Shown here: in pieces, positions 12,185-24,723 of the stretch
Position numbering within the stretch: position 1 is the first letter of the stretch
Layout: each line of letters opens with the position of its first letter
Assembly: GCA_050273025.1 (NCBI GenBank)
Contig: CP158636.1
Location: forward strand, 12,400,001 to 12,464,000
Length of the DNA stretch: 64,000 bases
Reading direction: 5' to 3'
Source: Cenococcum geophilum
Taxonomy: Eukaryota
The notes under the pieces: model-generated
Database searches by the model: none
Told to the model about the DNA's origin: nothing
Seen by the model: only the letters and a program-made list of their open reading frames with translations
Made by a program: the position numbers and the translations under genes

Positions 12185-13390
12185 TGTTACGGATCTTATA
12201 TCGGTAGTAGTAAAACTACTAAGAAGAGACATATATAGGTTGGTTAAAATAGTATAGGAGGCACTAGAACCAATTAAGCTATGGGATAAAAGGTAGCCAA
12301 GTTATATAGCTAGTTACGTTATAAGTTTAGAACGTAAAAACGTAGGAACGTAAAGACGTACGCGACGTACTAACGTATAGGCTTGCTAATCAATCACCTA
12401 GGCTTCAATATTAAATTGAATTAAATGCTAAAACTTAATCAATTCAATTAACTAAGAGCTCGCTAGCTTGGTAACTTAATTAATATAGAGGTTCTAGTTA
12501 AATTGAATTAATTAATAAATATTAAAACTTTTAATATTATATAGAAATATGCTAACCCTTATTTTTCCTTAGTCTCCCTTACCAAAAAATGTTTACCCAA
12601 GTATTACCCGTTGTTTACACTGTTATATTATTGACAGAGTCTTAGCAGGTAAGAAGAGTTTTACTATTAGACCTGCCTATTAACAATATTAATTCTATTA
12701 CCACCATGGCTTCTAACGCGTTAGATAATAGCTAAACGAACACCTTAATACTCTCTACAGCTCGTTATAATTATACTGTCCCTACCGCCCCCTAGTACAC
12801 CTCTAATTATAGCTTAGATGGCAATACCAAGGCGACTATAGAAGGAAGAAATAGAAAATACAGTAGGATAGTAACTTAACACCATGCCAAGACTCGCGAT
12901 AGGCCTAAATTAATAGCAGGAGCGACATAAATAACGGTAGAAAGCGGTCTGGGTGTCACTAGGTAGGCCTTCTACATTAACACTATACTAAGACTCGTAA
13001 TAATTACTAATTACTATGTAGTTGCAATTAGTTGCAATCGTTTTAATATTGATTTAATTAATTTAATTAATTGAACCTTCTGCTTACAAAGCTTTCAATT
13101 TAATTAATTTAAGGCCTTAATTAAATTAAATTGATTAATTAGTAAGCCTGCTAACGTACTAACATACTAGCGTACTTAGTATATTTCTTAGGCGCAGTAT
13201 TATATATTTAAAGGACCACAGTCCCTACCTAAATAGTTCTCTTCTTTATAATAAATCTTAGAATATAATTAGAGTTAATCTATTAGGCAACCTACTCTAC
13301 CAGTTATATTTATATTGTTAACCATTCTATACCTATATACCCAGCCCTTTAGCAAGTCTATTGTAGTATTTTCTATAAGGCTTTATTATA
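12185..13390 (+). mobile_element. Solo LTR of the Gypsy family seen at 45782-60197, carrying a hAT insertion
   Basis: TGTTACGGA.CTTATATCGG start and ...AAGGCTTTATTATA end match LTRs 45782-46185 and 59773-60197. TSD AAAGG at 12180-12184 and 13391-13395. Confidence 0.9.
12378..13150. mobile_element. Non-autonomous hAT-type DNA transposon, 773 bp
   Basis: TIRs (C>T)AGGCTTGCTAATCAATCA / TGATTAATTAGTAAGCCTG. 8-bp TSD CTAACGTA at 12370-12377 and 13151-13158. Subterminal CAATT/AATTG repeats. Confidence 0.85.
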
Positions 13391-13888
13391 AAAGGGGAGC
13401 TCTAAGCTTCTAAAAGAAGAAATTAAGATCTTTAATCCTATAGAGATATAAGAACTACCTAGGTGGATCTTATCTAGTATAAAAAGATATAATCTAAAAA
13501 CTAGATTTAGCTCTATAGTTTTTACTGTAGAGAATAAAGAAAAAAGATAAGAAATCCTTAAGTAAAAAGATATTCTAATTGCGGGTATAGCTACTAAGGT
13601 AGTATAATGCCTAGAAGTCTCTCCTACTACGCAGTATACTAGCTGCCAAAATTTTAGCCATATAGGAGATAGGTACTCTACTAGGGCCTATAGATTTTAT
13701 ACGGCTGCATATTTATCTAAAAACCACTGCTGTCCTACCTATATAATAATAGGCAAGCCTTATAAGTATACTACCCCTCTTTATATTAATTGTAAGGAAA
13801 AACACTTTGCCAATAGTAAAGACTGTAAAACTCTTAAAATAGCTAAACTAGTATATAGTACGTAGTATAAGCATAAAAGGTTCTATAG

Positions 13889-15148
13889 TGTTACGGCTTA
13901 TATAAATGCCTCTAAACTAAAGCTTGTAGAATGCTATATTACGAAGATATTAAGCTAAGAAAAAAAAGGGGGTCGCTAGGACCGATGTAAACAAATATAT
14001 AAGGTAAGCCGCTAAGGCGCTAGCTTTGGGCGAGCTAATTATAGGTTAGTAGAATATAGCAGAATTTAGTAGGTAACGTGCGATAGGGCCGTTATATCAC
14101 CCCCCTCTTTAAAGAAAGCCTGCGCTTAGGCTTAATTAGAAATAGAATAGCACTAGGCTTATAAGATATAAGATTATAAAATATAAGATAAAGAGAAAAA
14201 AGGGATATAAGTACGTCCAGACTAAGTATAAAAGGCAATTATAGGTTAAGTAAAAGCACTAGGCTAAAAAAAGTAGCTGTTAAAAGTCTTAGCAAGGATC
14301 TAACTACTTAGACAACTTTAACCGGCGGTTAAAGTTCCTAGATATCTAAAATTTTACAGTACTAGTAGAAAACGACAGAATATGGCAGAATATAGTAGAC
14401 AGCTATATTAGGGCTTTAGGGCGTTCTTGTTCCTATACTCCTCTGGTAACTTATTATCTTTATTATACTAGCATTCTATCTACTTATATAGGTACTTTAG
14501 GGGTCCAGGTATATTAGGGTATTAATTATAAAACTCTTTAAGATTCTAGGGGCAGCCTATAAAGTTTTATATAGGGTACTAGGTTAGGTCCGGGTTATAG
14601 CCCTTTTATTAAATATAATATTTTAATATTCCCCATACTATCTTATAGGCTAGTATTTTATTAACTTCCTATTTATTATTACCGTTTACTTAAATTAGCG
14701 GAGAAGGCTTATTCTTTTATCTAGGTAATAGGTCATTTATAGCTTTCTATAGCTTATCTAGTAAAAAGATAAGGCGCACCCTAATTAAATCTAGGAGCTT
14801 TACCTTATATAAGTTGCCTATCTTCTTAAGGACCTTATACAGCCCTACTATCTAATAGTCCAGCTTACGGCTAGGTTATTTAGTTTTCTAATTCCTTATT
14901 ATAACCTAGACTATATCGCTAGGGATAAAGTTAGGCTCTTAATAGTGTTTGTTTGCCTACTGTTTTATTAATATTTAGGCCTTTCCTAGGTTCTTATAGG
15001 CTACTATTTAGGCTTCCTTTAAGTGTTTAGCGTACTATTAGGCCTTACTATAGGATAGCTTTTTTTATATAGTTTAAGGTTCTTTTAGCCTTTTTCAGTT
15101 AAAGCTTATATAGGGTAAGTATCCTATTTCTAGCTAAATTAGGGCAAA
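13889..15148 (-). mobile_element. 3' fragment of a Gypsy chromovirus (integrase end, chromodomain, PPT, 3' LTR)
   Basis: LTR 13889-14096 (TGTTACGG...CCGTTATA) next to pyrimidine tract TCACCCCCCTCTTT (minus-strand PPT). Minus frame 14500-14690 reads VNGNNK(W)EVNKILA...Y..(W)KGYNPDLT(W)YP. Confidence 0.8.
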
Positions 15149-16762
15149 CGTTAGGAAAAAATTTACCAGCATTTTTATAGCATTTGGTAGCATTTAGCGG
15201 CCAAATACGCATTCCGCGCACTATAACGTATAGTATATAGTATTAACTAAGGTGCGGCATACTGCCGTATTTAACAATATAGTATAGTATACTACTATAT
15301 ACTACCGTATTTAATAATATAGTGTAGTATATTACTATATTTAATAATACGGTATAGTATACTACTGTATTTAATAATGCGGTACAGCTAATTATATATT
15401 TTACACTTAATACGCAATTAATATATAATGCCCTTCTCGCGTATTCTATATATAATGCCCTTCTTATATATTTAGTATATAATGCCCTCTTTACGCATTC
15501 TATATATCTTACTTACTTTAAGTAATAAATAAGTATTACTCTTTTTACGCAGTTAGTATAAAATAAAATATTTTATTTTAGATAATTTAATATAATATAG
15601 CGACGGTTCTCTTTTACTTATCTACCTACCTACCTATCTACCTACCTACCTACCTACCTACCTGCCTACCTGCTTGCCTACCTACTTACCTATTTATCTA
15701 TCTATCTATTTATACCTACCTATACCTACCTATTTATAACTACTATCTATACCTACCTATCTATACCTACCTACCTATACCTACTATCTATACCTACCGT
15801 CTATACCTACCTGTCTATACCTACCTATCTATAATTTAGGGGAAGGGCCGGCCCGATTAAAGGCTCTGCCTAATTTAATTAATTAATTAATTATATTAAT
15901 TCGAATTATTTTCTACGGCCGTTTGCTGGCTATATATTTAAACAGTAGTCGTTTAGGGTGCCTCCCTAGGAGGCCTTAATTTAATTTAGCAATAAGCTAA
16001 TATTAAAGCTCTAGTTTAATTCGATCGATTGATTAATTAAATTATTTGCGGCGTTTACTAGCTAGTTATTTAAACGGTAGTTATCTAGTTTTAGCGACGG
16101 TCTAGTTCTAGCGACAGTCCTCTACTAGCTGCTATTTTAGTGCCTTCCTAGGTAGGGAGGATATAAGGAAGGAAGAATAGGTAAAAAAAATAAGGTAGCT
16201 ATATAGGGGTATACTTAGCAGAGGTATGTGTAGAGGCTATTAGGAATATAGCGGGGACCTAATATAAAGCTTTATATAGAGCCTCCGTATATAGAGCTTT
16301 GCGTAAAGCCTTATACAGAGCCTCTATATATAGAGCTTTATATAAAGCCTTATATAGAGCCTTATATAGAGCCTCATACAGAGCTTTATATAAGAGCTTT
16401 ATATAGAGCTTTATATAGAGCTTCGTATAGAGCTTTGTATAGAACTTCGTGTAGAGCTTTATGCAGAGCTTTATATAGAGCTTTGTACTTTATATAGAGC
16501 TTTATGCTTCGTATAGAGCTTTATATAGAGCTTTGTATAAAACTTTGTATAGAACTTTATATAGAGCTTTATACGGAGCTTTATATAGAGCTTTATATAG
16601 AACTTTGTATAGAGCCCCGTATAGAGCTTTGTATAAAGCTTTATATAGAGCTTTATATAGAACTTTATATAGAGCTTTATATAGAGCTTCGCGTAAAGCT
16701 TTATGCGGAACTTTATACGGAACTTTATATAAAACTTTATATAGAACTTTATACGGAGCCTC
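15149..16762. mobile_element. Repeat-rich non-coding element starting with TIR CGTTAGGAAAAAATTTACCAGCAT
   Basis: Left end matches the TIR of the MITE at 16763-17038. Contains ~31-bp repeats (15255-15385), ATATAATGCCCT repeats, (CTAC)n at 15620-15830, and a copy of 11060-11577. Confidence 0.55.
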
Positions 16763-17038
16763 TATTAAAAAAAAATTTACTAATATTTAATTTTACTTTT
16801 CTACCATTTTAGCATTTTCTAGCATTTAGCAGCTAAATGCTAGTACTTAGTAATAAATGCCGCACTTAGCTGCTAAATGCTAATACTTAATTATAAATGC
16901 GGCATTTGGCAGCTAAATAATAGTACTTAGTAATAAATGCCGCATTTAGCTGCTAAATGCTAGAAAATGCTAGAAATGCTAGAAAATGCTAAAATGGCAA
17001 AAAAGTGAAATTAGATGCTAGTAAATTTTTTCCTAACG
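16763..17038. mobile_element. Foldback MITE, 276 bp (Mutator-like by 9-bp flanking repeat)
   Basis: The two halves are inverted repeats (AAAAAATTTACTAATATTTAATTTTACTTTT... vs ...AAAAGTGAAATTAGATGCTAGTAAATTTTTTCCTAACG). Flanks CGGAGCCTC (16754-16762) and TAGAGCCTC (17039-17047). Confidence 0.75.
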
Positions 17039-17877
17039 TAGAGCCTCCTACTAACGTTACTCCGCGGTATATATAGCTTTACCTTTATAACTCTAGTTAT
17101 GCTATAGATACCTAGCTATGGGCCTATTCTAATACCTAGCTAGATATAACTATTCTATAGTGCCTTACTACTATACTATCTAAGGTACGGAACCCTTTTA
17201 TCGCCCTCTATTAAACTGCAAAGGAACGGCTTTAGGCTTAGCCTATAATAGCCCTATTACAGATTATTTTTAACCTATAAATGCGGCTTATCTTAAAGGC
17301 TAGTACTAATTGCTACTATAAGAACCTCCTAATAAGTAATAAGGTAGCCGTTATTATACCAGATAAGTATAGCGATACTAGCTTTTGCGATATTATACTT
17401 ATAGAGCGTTATACGCCTAATAAGCAGCCGTAATACTGCCGTATTAACTTAACGCATGCCATATATATGCCGCTTTACTATATACTGCTCTTCCCTTACG
17501 GTAATACTGGCTGGCACTAAGGTCTCTAGCTACGTAACTCCAATTAAGCCGACTAGCGAGACCGTTTAATATAGAGGGCTAACTTTTAGTTCTATCTATA
17601 TATCTATATCCACTCTAGGTTAGTCCCTTTTGCCTATTATTAGCTATTTTAGTAGTATATAGTAGTGTCGGAACGTTAATTATATGACGTAGTCACGGGA
17701 CTACGTAGCGAGGTTAGCTAACCTGACCTTAGAGCAACCCCTTACTTCTAGTAAAAACAATTAACTACTAACTTCAACACCGTATACGTACCACTATAAG
17801 TAATATTCGTGCACGTTAATAAAGCGAGTATACCGACACTAATCAGTAGACGTATAGATTAGGAAATACGCAATAGC

Positions 17878-18190
17878 AAAGCTTAAAACCACGCATTAGC
17901 TTAACTGCTAACGCGTTAGATCGCAGAGCTATCGCCCTATTTTAGTTAAAGGAGAAAGCTACGTTACCCTCGAAGCTCGAGACCACGTATCAGCTTGCTA
18001 ACGCGTAAGATCGCCTAGAGAATTGTATCTTTACTTAGAGAGAGCTACGTTACCCCTTAAAGCTTAAGACCACGCATTAACTTAACTGTTAACGCGTTAG
18101 ATCGCCTAGAGGACCTTAAAGCTTAAGACCACGTATTAACTTAACTGCTAACGCGTAAGATCGCCTAGAGGACCGTATCTTTGCTAAGAA
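17878..18190 (+). repeat. Tandem repeats in the Copia 5' leader
   Basis: Four copies of AAGCTTAAGACCACGCATTAACTTAACTGCTAACGCGTTAGATCGC-like units. Confidence 0.8.
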
Positions 18191-18305
18191 TCGTCTTTAG
18201 TCTTCAGTCTTTAAAAACTATAGATTTGTTAAGGGGATACGCACACACCCTTACACCCCTAACCTCAACCTCGACCTTAACCTTAACCTTAACCTTAACT
18301 TCTAA

Positions 18306-21300
18306 ATGACGACTACCCTTATATACAAAGACACGATAATATAGAAATTAACTAAAAGGAAAGAATTGCTAAATATAGCTATAGAATCGACTTAGAGACG
18401 GCTACGGATAACAATCTAGCGGAGTATATAGAGACTAAGATGCACCTATATACACGGCATAACCTTATAGACTTTTCACTATAGACAGTATATTAGAAAG
18501 ACTTTAAAGACTTTATACTAGAGCTCTTTAAATAAGTATAATCTAAAACTAAAGTGGGAATCCGTAACTACCTAGTTAAAAGAGGAGTATATATTATTAA
18601 GTAAGATAAGAGGCACACCCTTAGCAAGGTGCTAATGGATATCGCCTATAAAGAAGAGTTTTATAAATAGACGGACGAGGAGCTTATTGCGGCCCTTATA
18701 GAGGTAAAGCTAATAATTACAACAACTCTGCAAGACTAACTTAATTCGACCTTAGATAAGCTTGCTATACCTCTAGCCCCACTACTAGGTACTCTACTAA
18801 CTCCACCAGCTATTCCAGCCGCTGTATTACCAGCTACTCCAGTTACTACACCACTAGCTACCCTAATTATAGCACCGCCAGCTACCCCGGTCGCTGCCCC
18901 CGCTACCCCTACTACCCCCCCTAGATTTACTCCGATTACTATACCGCCAGCTACTCTAATCGCTACCCCTACTAACCTTACTACCCCTCCTAGTCCTTAA
19001 TCCTCTAATTATAACCAAATCCACGCTCTTATTAACTAACTACTATAGCTAAAAGAGTAGCAATTATAGCAGCCATAGTAACCGCAGTAGCTATATATAT
19101 ATATACTACCTAAACTAGCTATACCTAGCGTGGAGCAAGGACCTAAGTAAGGATCTAGATATAGTAAGGAGGTAGCTATAATTATAAAGATCTATATAGA
19201 CGACTAAAAGTACAATGGAGTTAATAATAGCTTTAACTTTAAGCTAACTATCTTCTATAATATCTATAAGAGATCTGGCTTACTACTAGAAGGCTATATA
19301 GTGGCATTCCCTAGTATACTAAAAGGGCTTACTTAGAACCACTACTATAACAGCAACCTTAAGTTAAGACCTTTTACTAAAGCCTATAACCACATATAAC
19401 AGTTCTTTAAAGGGCTAGAATACTACCGTAAGAATTTTATAGAGTGGAATAGTATAACCCTTTAAGGAGTTATAGATGAGAACCCTAATAAGTTAATCTA
19501 TTAGAACTTCTAACTACTTATAGATAAGCTGCTAAAGTAACGCCATGGACTATACCTAGACTTCTATATAAACCGCATTCTTATAAATAAGCTGGTTACT
19601 GCTTGCCAGGGAGTACTAGTATGCCGTATTACTGTCTCTAACCCTTTAGAAGACCTCTCTTAGTTAATTAGCAAGCTATAATCCTCCATTATTATATGGG
19701 AAAAAGAATACCCCCTATAGGCCTTAATGAGATCGTCTTATTAAGCCTTCTTTACGGATTGACGCTATTACCGAAATAACCAGAATCGAGACCAAAACAC
19801 CAATTGCTATAGCAGTAATCGCCCCTATAGAACCAACGGTAGACTAAAGGCTAAGTGCTATATCTATAAGAAGGAGGACTGCCGTTTATAGAAACATATA
19901 AAGGAGGAGCGTAATTGGTCCAGAGACAACTATAAGAGACGTTTTATTAATATTAAGGGCCGTAATAAGGGCAACTTTAATAACCACTTTAAACAATACG
20001 TCGCCGTCTGCGAAAGAGATAAAGAGGATAACTTAGACTTTAAAGCCTATATATATGACGCTAATAACTCTAGAAGCGATGCCGGAGAACCTAACGATAG
20101 TTCTACCTATATTACTACCTTTGGAACACTTACTATAGAGGAAGCAACCTCTATAAGCGTAGAACTAGCCAATAAGGCTTATATACACCTGCTTATGGCT
20201 TTAGAACTTACTATAGAGTCCACTACAGAACCTTACATGGAGACCGACCTATTTGCCTATAGTACGGCTATAGCTATAGCGTTACGATACACCTTAACGG
20301 TCTTTATGGGAATTATAATTAATATAGGTGCTTTGCGTAAGTCTATAGCTAGCTACGGTCAATTCTAAGCTCTATAGGCCGTAGATAAATTTATAAGTCT
20401 TAACACATTAACTAAGGGCCAAGTAACTATCTAATTTGGGATCGGAGCCTCTATATCTATCGGAACTATAGACGTTAACAGCCCTATAGGTAAGGTATAA
20501 TTCCATATCGTTAAAGCAGATACTCCCTTCCTACTTTGCTTAGCAGATATAGATAGACTCTATATTAAATACGATAACCTAAAGGACGTTATTATTACTC
20601 GCACTAAAAGGGTGCTAGTAGTTAGACGATTTAGCCACCCATTTCTCTTATAGAGCTTCTCCTTATAGTCTTATTTAGTTAAGTCTTTTAATATAAACCC
20701 TTGCTACTTAACTAATGTAGAACTATAACGTTTATACCATCGATTTGGTTACCTATTAGTTAATAGACTGTAAAAGCTTCTTAATAAGGCTGGCCACGGC
20801 TATAATACTAATAGATCCGCTATTAAAGAGCTAACTAGACTCTGCCACTATTGCTAGAAGTATAGCAGATCTCTAGGTAGATTTCGCTTTACCCTATAAG
20901 ATAACGTTAATTTCAATTATAATATCATTATTAACATTATGTATATTAGCGGCTCCCCCCTACTACACGTAGTTGACGAAGTAACTCGATTTTAAGCTGG
21001 CAGATGGCTATAAGATATTAGCGCTAAGCATACTTAGGACATTCTATAGATATACTAGATTAATAGCTACTTAGGACTACTAAACCTAATTACTATAGAC
21101 GCCGGGAAGAACTTTGTCAGCAAGGAGTTTAAGCACTACGCTGCTACTATAGGAGTAACTATAAAGTTAGTTCTAGTCAAATCACACAATTCCATTAGAA
21201 TGGTAGAGCGCTACTATAGTCCGCTATAATAAGCCTACCAAATTATTATAACTGAAATCCCTAAAATTAGTAAGGAGATGGCCCTATAAATAGCCTTTAA

Positions 21301-23503
21301 AGCTATTAATAATACGGCTGGCCTAGAAGGCCTAGTCCCTATACTCCTAGTCTTTAGAGCCTACCCCTAAATAGTTAAATCGGACGCGCTATTACCTTTA
21401 GTTACATAGTAAGCTGCGGCTATTAAGAAAGCAATAGTGGAAATCTAGAAGCTATAAGCTAAACGATAGATCGCTAACGCTCTTAATATGCGAAACGGAC
21501 TATAAACTAACGCTATTTACGGCCTCCCACCTAGTTCGCCTGTCTTAGTCTAGAGAGAAGGCAATACTAGCTAAAGTGGTTATTAGGATAGGCTATACAC
21601 GCTACTTGCCGTTAACGGTAAGACCTATACCATAAAGCTACTAAATAGGCCTACAACCTTCCGCTTTACGGTTGTAAAACTTTACCTATTAGACCTATAA
21701 GACCTAGTTAAACCACGAGAGCCTATTAAATCAGCTAAACTAGTACCTTTATCAGCTAAACCTCAATCGTTACCTAAAGCCGAATTACAGCTACCGCCAA
21801 AGCGAGGTAGAGGTCGCCCCCGTAAATACCTATTACTTACGGCTATCGCAGATATAGCTACTATAGACGCTATAATAGATACAGGTGCTTTTACGGGTAA
21901 TATTATAGATATTACTGATATCGCTATCTACTTATAGAACGATAATAACACCTAATTTAGCGCTTTATAACAAAAGGAGGTTACAGGCCTACTTAAGAAA
22001 GGCGTCTTTAAGATCATTAAGCTACGCGATATACTAAAGGGGGTTAAACTCTTTAACTTACGGTTTATTAATAAGATTAAGAATAAGGGAACTAATAAAG
22101 CCTTTAAGAAATTACGACTTATTATATAGGCCTATAATAATTTAGAAAAAGAGCTAGTCCTTACTTAGTTACTAACAATTTAACGGGTTAGCTAGCGGCT
22201 AATTCTCTATATCGCTGCTATACTACTATAGATACAACTCTACCTCTAAGACATCTTACAAGCCTACATCTAGTCCACTACGAACCTAAACCGCGAGTTT
22301 TATGTACAACTACCATACGAGCTAAATAAATAATTGGGAATTAATACGGACTCCATTCTAAAGGTTATAAAGCTACTTTATAGAGTACCTAAAGCTAGAA
22401 ACCACTAATTTAAGACCTACTATTTACACTACATTAATTAGCTGCGAATGGACCAGTCCACGTACGACCCTTGCTTGCTCTATAGCAACAAGCCTTTTAG
22501 AATTATCGGCCTATAAACTAATAATACACTATTCCTTGCAGATAATACCTTTATAGAGGCTAAATAAAGCGAACTATATAAGGCCAAATTTATAGCTAAG
22601 GAGCGAGAGTAATTAACCGCTAATACACTAATTAAGTTTAACGGAGGACTTATTTAATTAATATAAGACGGGAGTATTACGCTAATGTAAAAGCGCCAGT
22701 GTAAGAACCTTAGTGTGGTTAATACTACACTAGTAGACAGTACTAGCTCTAAAGAAGTTACGCGTGGCCTATTTACGCTAAAGGATTAGTATATCGCTTA
22801 ACGCGCTAGAGGAGCCTATATCGCCTTAGTCTATTAGCTAGAGGCCTTATTTAACCTATCCTTTACTACCTAGGTAATTAACCTAGTTAAAGACAATATA
22901 AAGAGTCTTAATAAGCAATTAAGCTAGTAGATTAAGAACGCAAATAGAGGCCTAAAGTTCGTTAAGCTAGACGTTAATACCTTATAACTCCTGGTATTTA
23001 TAAACGCTTCCTTTACCAACAATAAGGACTTATCTTTGTAAATTAGCTACGTACTTATACTAGCAGACGCCTTAAATAAGGCAAATATCGTCTACTAGTC
23101 CTTAGTTAAGTGTAAAAGAGTTACTAGGAGTGTATTAGCCTTAGAGTTATACAGTATAGCATATAGTTTCGATATAAGCGCTATAATTAAATCTACGCTA
23201 GATAAGGTCTTATAGGTTAACTTACCACTCGTTTTCTATACTAATTTAAAGTCTTTATATAACTATCTTGTCCGACTAGAAACTACGTAAGAGAAATACT
23301 TAATAATTAATATAATATGCCTTCGCTAAGCTTATAAACAAAGACAGATTACTAAAGTTAAGTAGATTAATGGAGATACTAACCCTACGGACGCTATAAT
23401 AAAGGGTAAGCCCTATATGGCACTATTACAGCTTATTAATATAAATTAAGTTAAATTACGGGCTATAGGGTAGGTTAAGCGAACGGATTCAACTTTAGTT
23501 TAG
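18306..23503 (+). pseudogene. Copia gag-pol polyprotein relic
   Basis: ATG at 18306. De-RIPed motifs: knuckle KCYICKKEDC (~19855), protease IIDTGA (~20315), HxRFGHP...CHHC and HVVDE (20735-20980), RT LLKPLYGVPEAGNHW (~22365-22410), RNase H FTDASF (~23000). End approximate. Confidence 0.85.
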
Positions 23504-24723
23504 CGTTGGCGCTAGTACTAAGCGAGCTAATAGTAATTTTCCATCCCGGGGATAGAAAATCCTAATTAGTTGGCAGAAGTTAGGTTCGGCAGAATTTGGT
23601 AGAATTTGGTAAAATTTGGTATTATAGCAGAATTCGGCAGAATTCGGTAACATGTCAGAATTTGGCAGAATTTGGTAATATGGCAGAATTTGGCAGAAAG
23701 TCGCTATTGCGTATATACTACGAATAGCCTAAAAGTAGACTTAACTTTAAAGTATAGATTAGTCTTTTTTTTAGAGTTGCTCTAGTGTTGGAACGTTAAT
23801 TATATGACGTGGTCACGGGACCACGTAGTGAGGTTAGCTAACCTAACCTTGGAGCAACCCCTTACTTCTAGTAAAAACAATTAACTACCAACTTCAACAC
23901 CGCATACGTACCACTATAAGTGATATTCGTGCACGTTAATAAAGTGAGTATACCGATAAGTAGATATATAGGCGCTATATAATTAGAATAAGCTTAACTA
24001 GATCCGCTTTTACTAGACTAAATTCCGTATAGAGCTATATAACAGCGTTATAGATACTTTTACCCGCGCTAATTTAGACCCTAAATTATTAGGCTGCCGC
24101 GTAATCCTTCTATTAAGCTTCTTTAGCGGAGCTCGCTTTATTCGCTAGTACTTTTAGGATTTTAATAGCTATTATTTATAAATACAGCCGTTTAAGCCTA
24201 TTTATTATATTTATTACTAACCCTAAGTAGGACAAGATTACCTATAAGCTACTACCTAGCTAGACCGCTATAAATAGGCCCGATTTAATTATATACGTCT
24301 TTTACCTAAAGCTAAACTACTTTTATACGACCTAAAATAGGTATAGATCTTTAGCTAGTTTCGCGGCTGCGTTTAAACTATTAAGTACTAGAAACGGGGC
24401 CTGCCCTATTTATACCTACTACTCTTTCTATATCTATATAACTGCGATAGGCTACTAGACCTAGCCGTTATTAACTATTTTATATCCGCGGAGCTTCTAT
24501 AGCCTAAGGATAATTTTACCAGTTATCTTACTAAGATTGTAAAGTTAATAATAGTTTACGGCCCTTGCGGTTCCTAGAATCCGCGAGCTCCCTATATAGT
24601 TACGTTATAGCTAGGCCTTTTACTAACCTGCTTAAAGCGGTACCCTTAGCCTTTTAACCCTACTACTATTATACATAAGGACGGCTATCCAGAATACCGC
24701 TATTATAATAATCTATAGTTATA

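Larger units (their letters stand above)
12125..13855 (+). mobile_element. LINE (Tad1-like) ORF1 C-terminal fragment, interrupted by a solo LTR
   Basis: De-RIPed translation gives Cys/His knuckles (CQNFGHIGDRC, CRFCAAAHLSKNHCC, CINCKEKHFANSKDC) at 13630-13830. Colinear with the minus-strand copy at 28150-28670. Confidence 0.8.
17666..23958 (+). mobile_element. Full-length Ty1/Copia LTR retrotransposon (RIP-inactivated)
   Basis: 173-bp LTRs 17666-17838 and 23786-23958 (TGTCGG...CCGACA). TSD AGTAG at 17661-17665 and 23959-23963. Domain order gag-PR-IN-RT-RH. Confidence 0.95.

Noticed and set aside
16504..16812. ORFs with IELY/RALY repeats
   Set aside because: RIPed copy of the same minisatellite.
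18258..18300. (CCTTAA)n-like tract as interstitial telomere
   Set aside because: Units are mostly CCTCAA/CCTCGA/CCTTAA within the Copia leader, not CCCTAA arrays.
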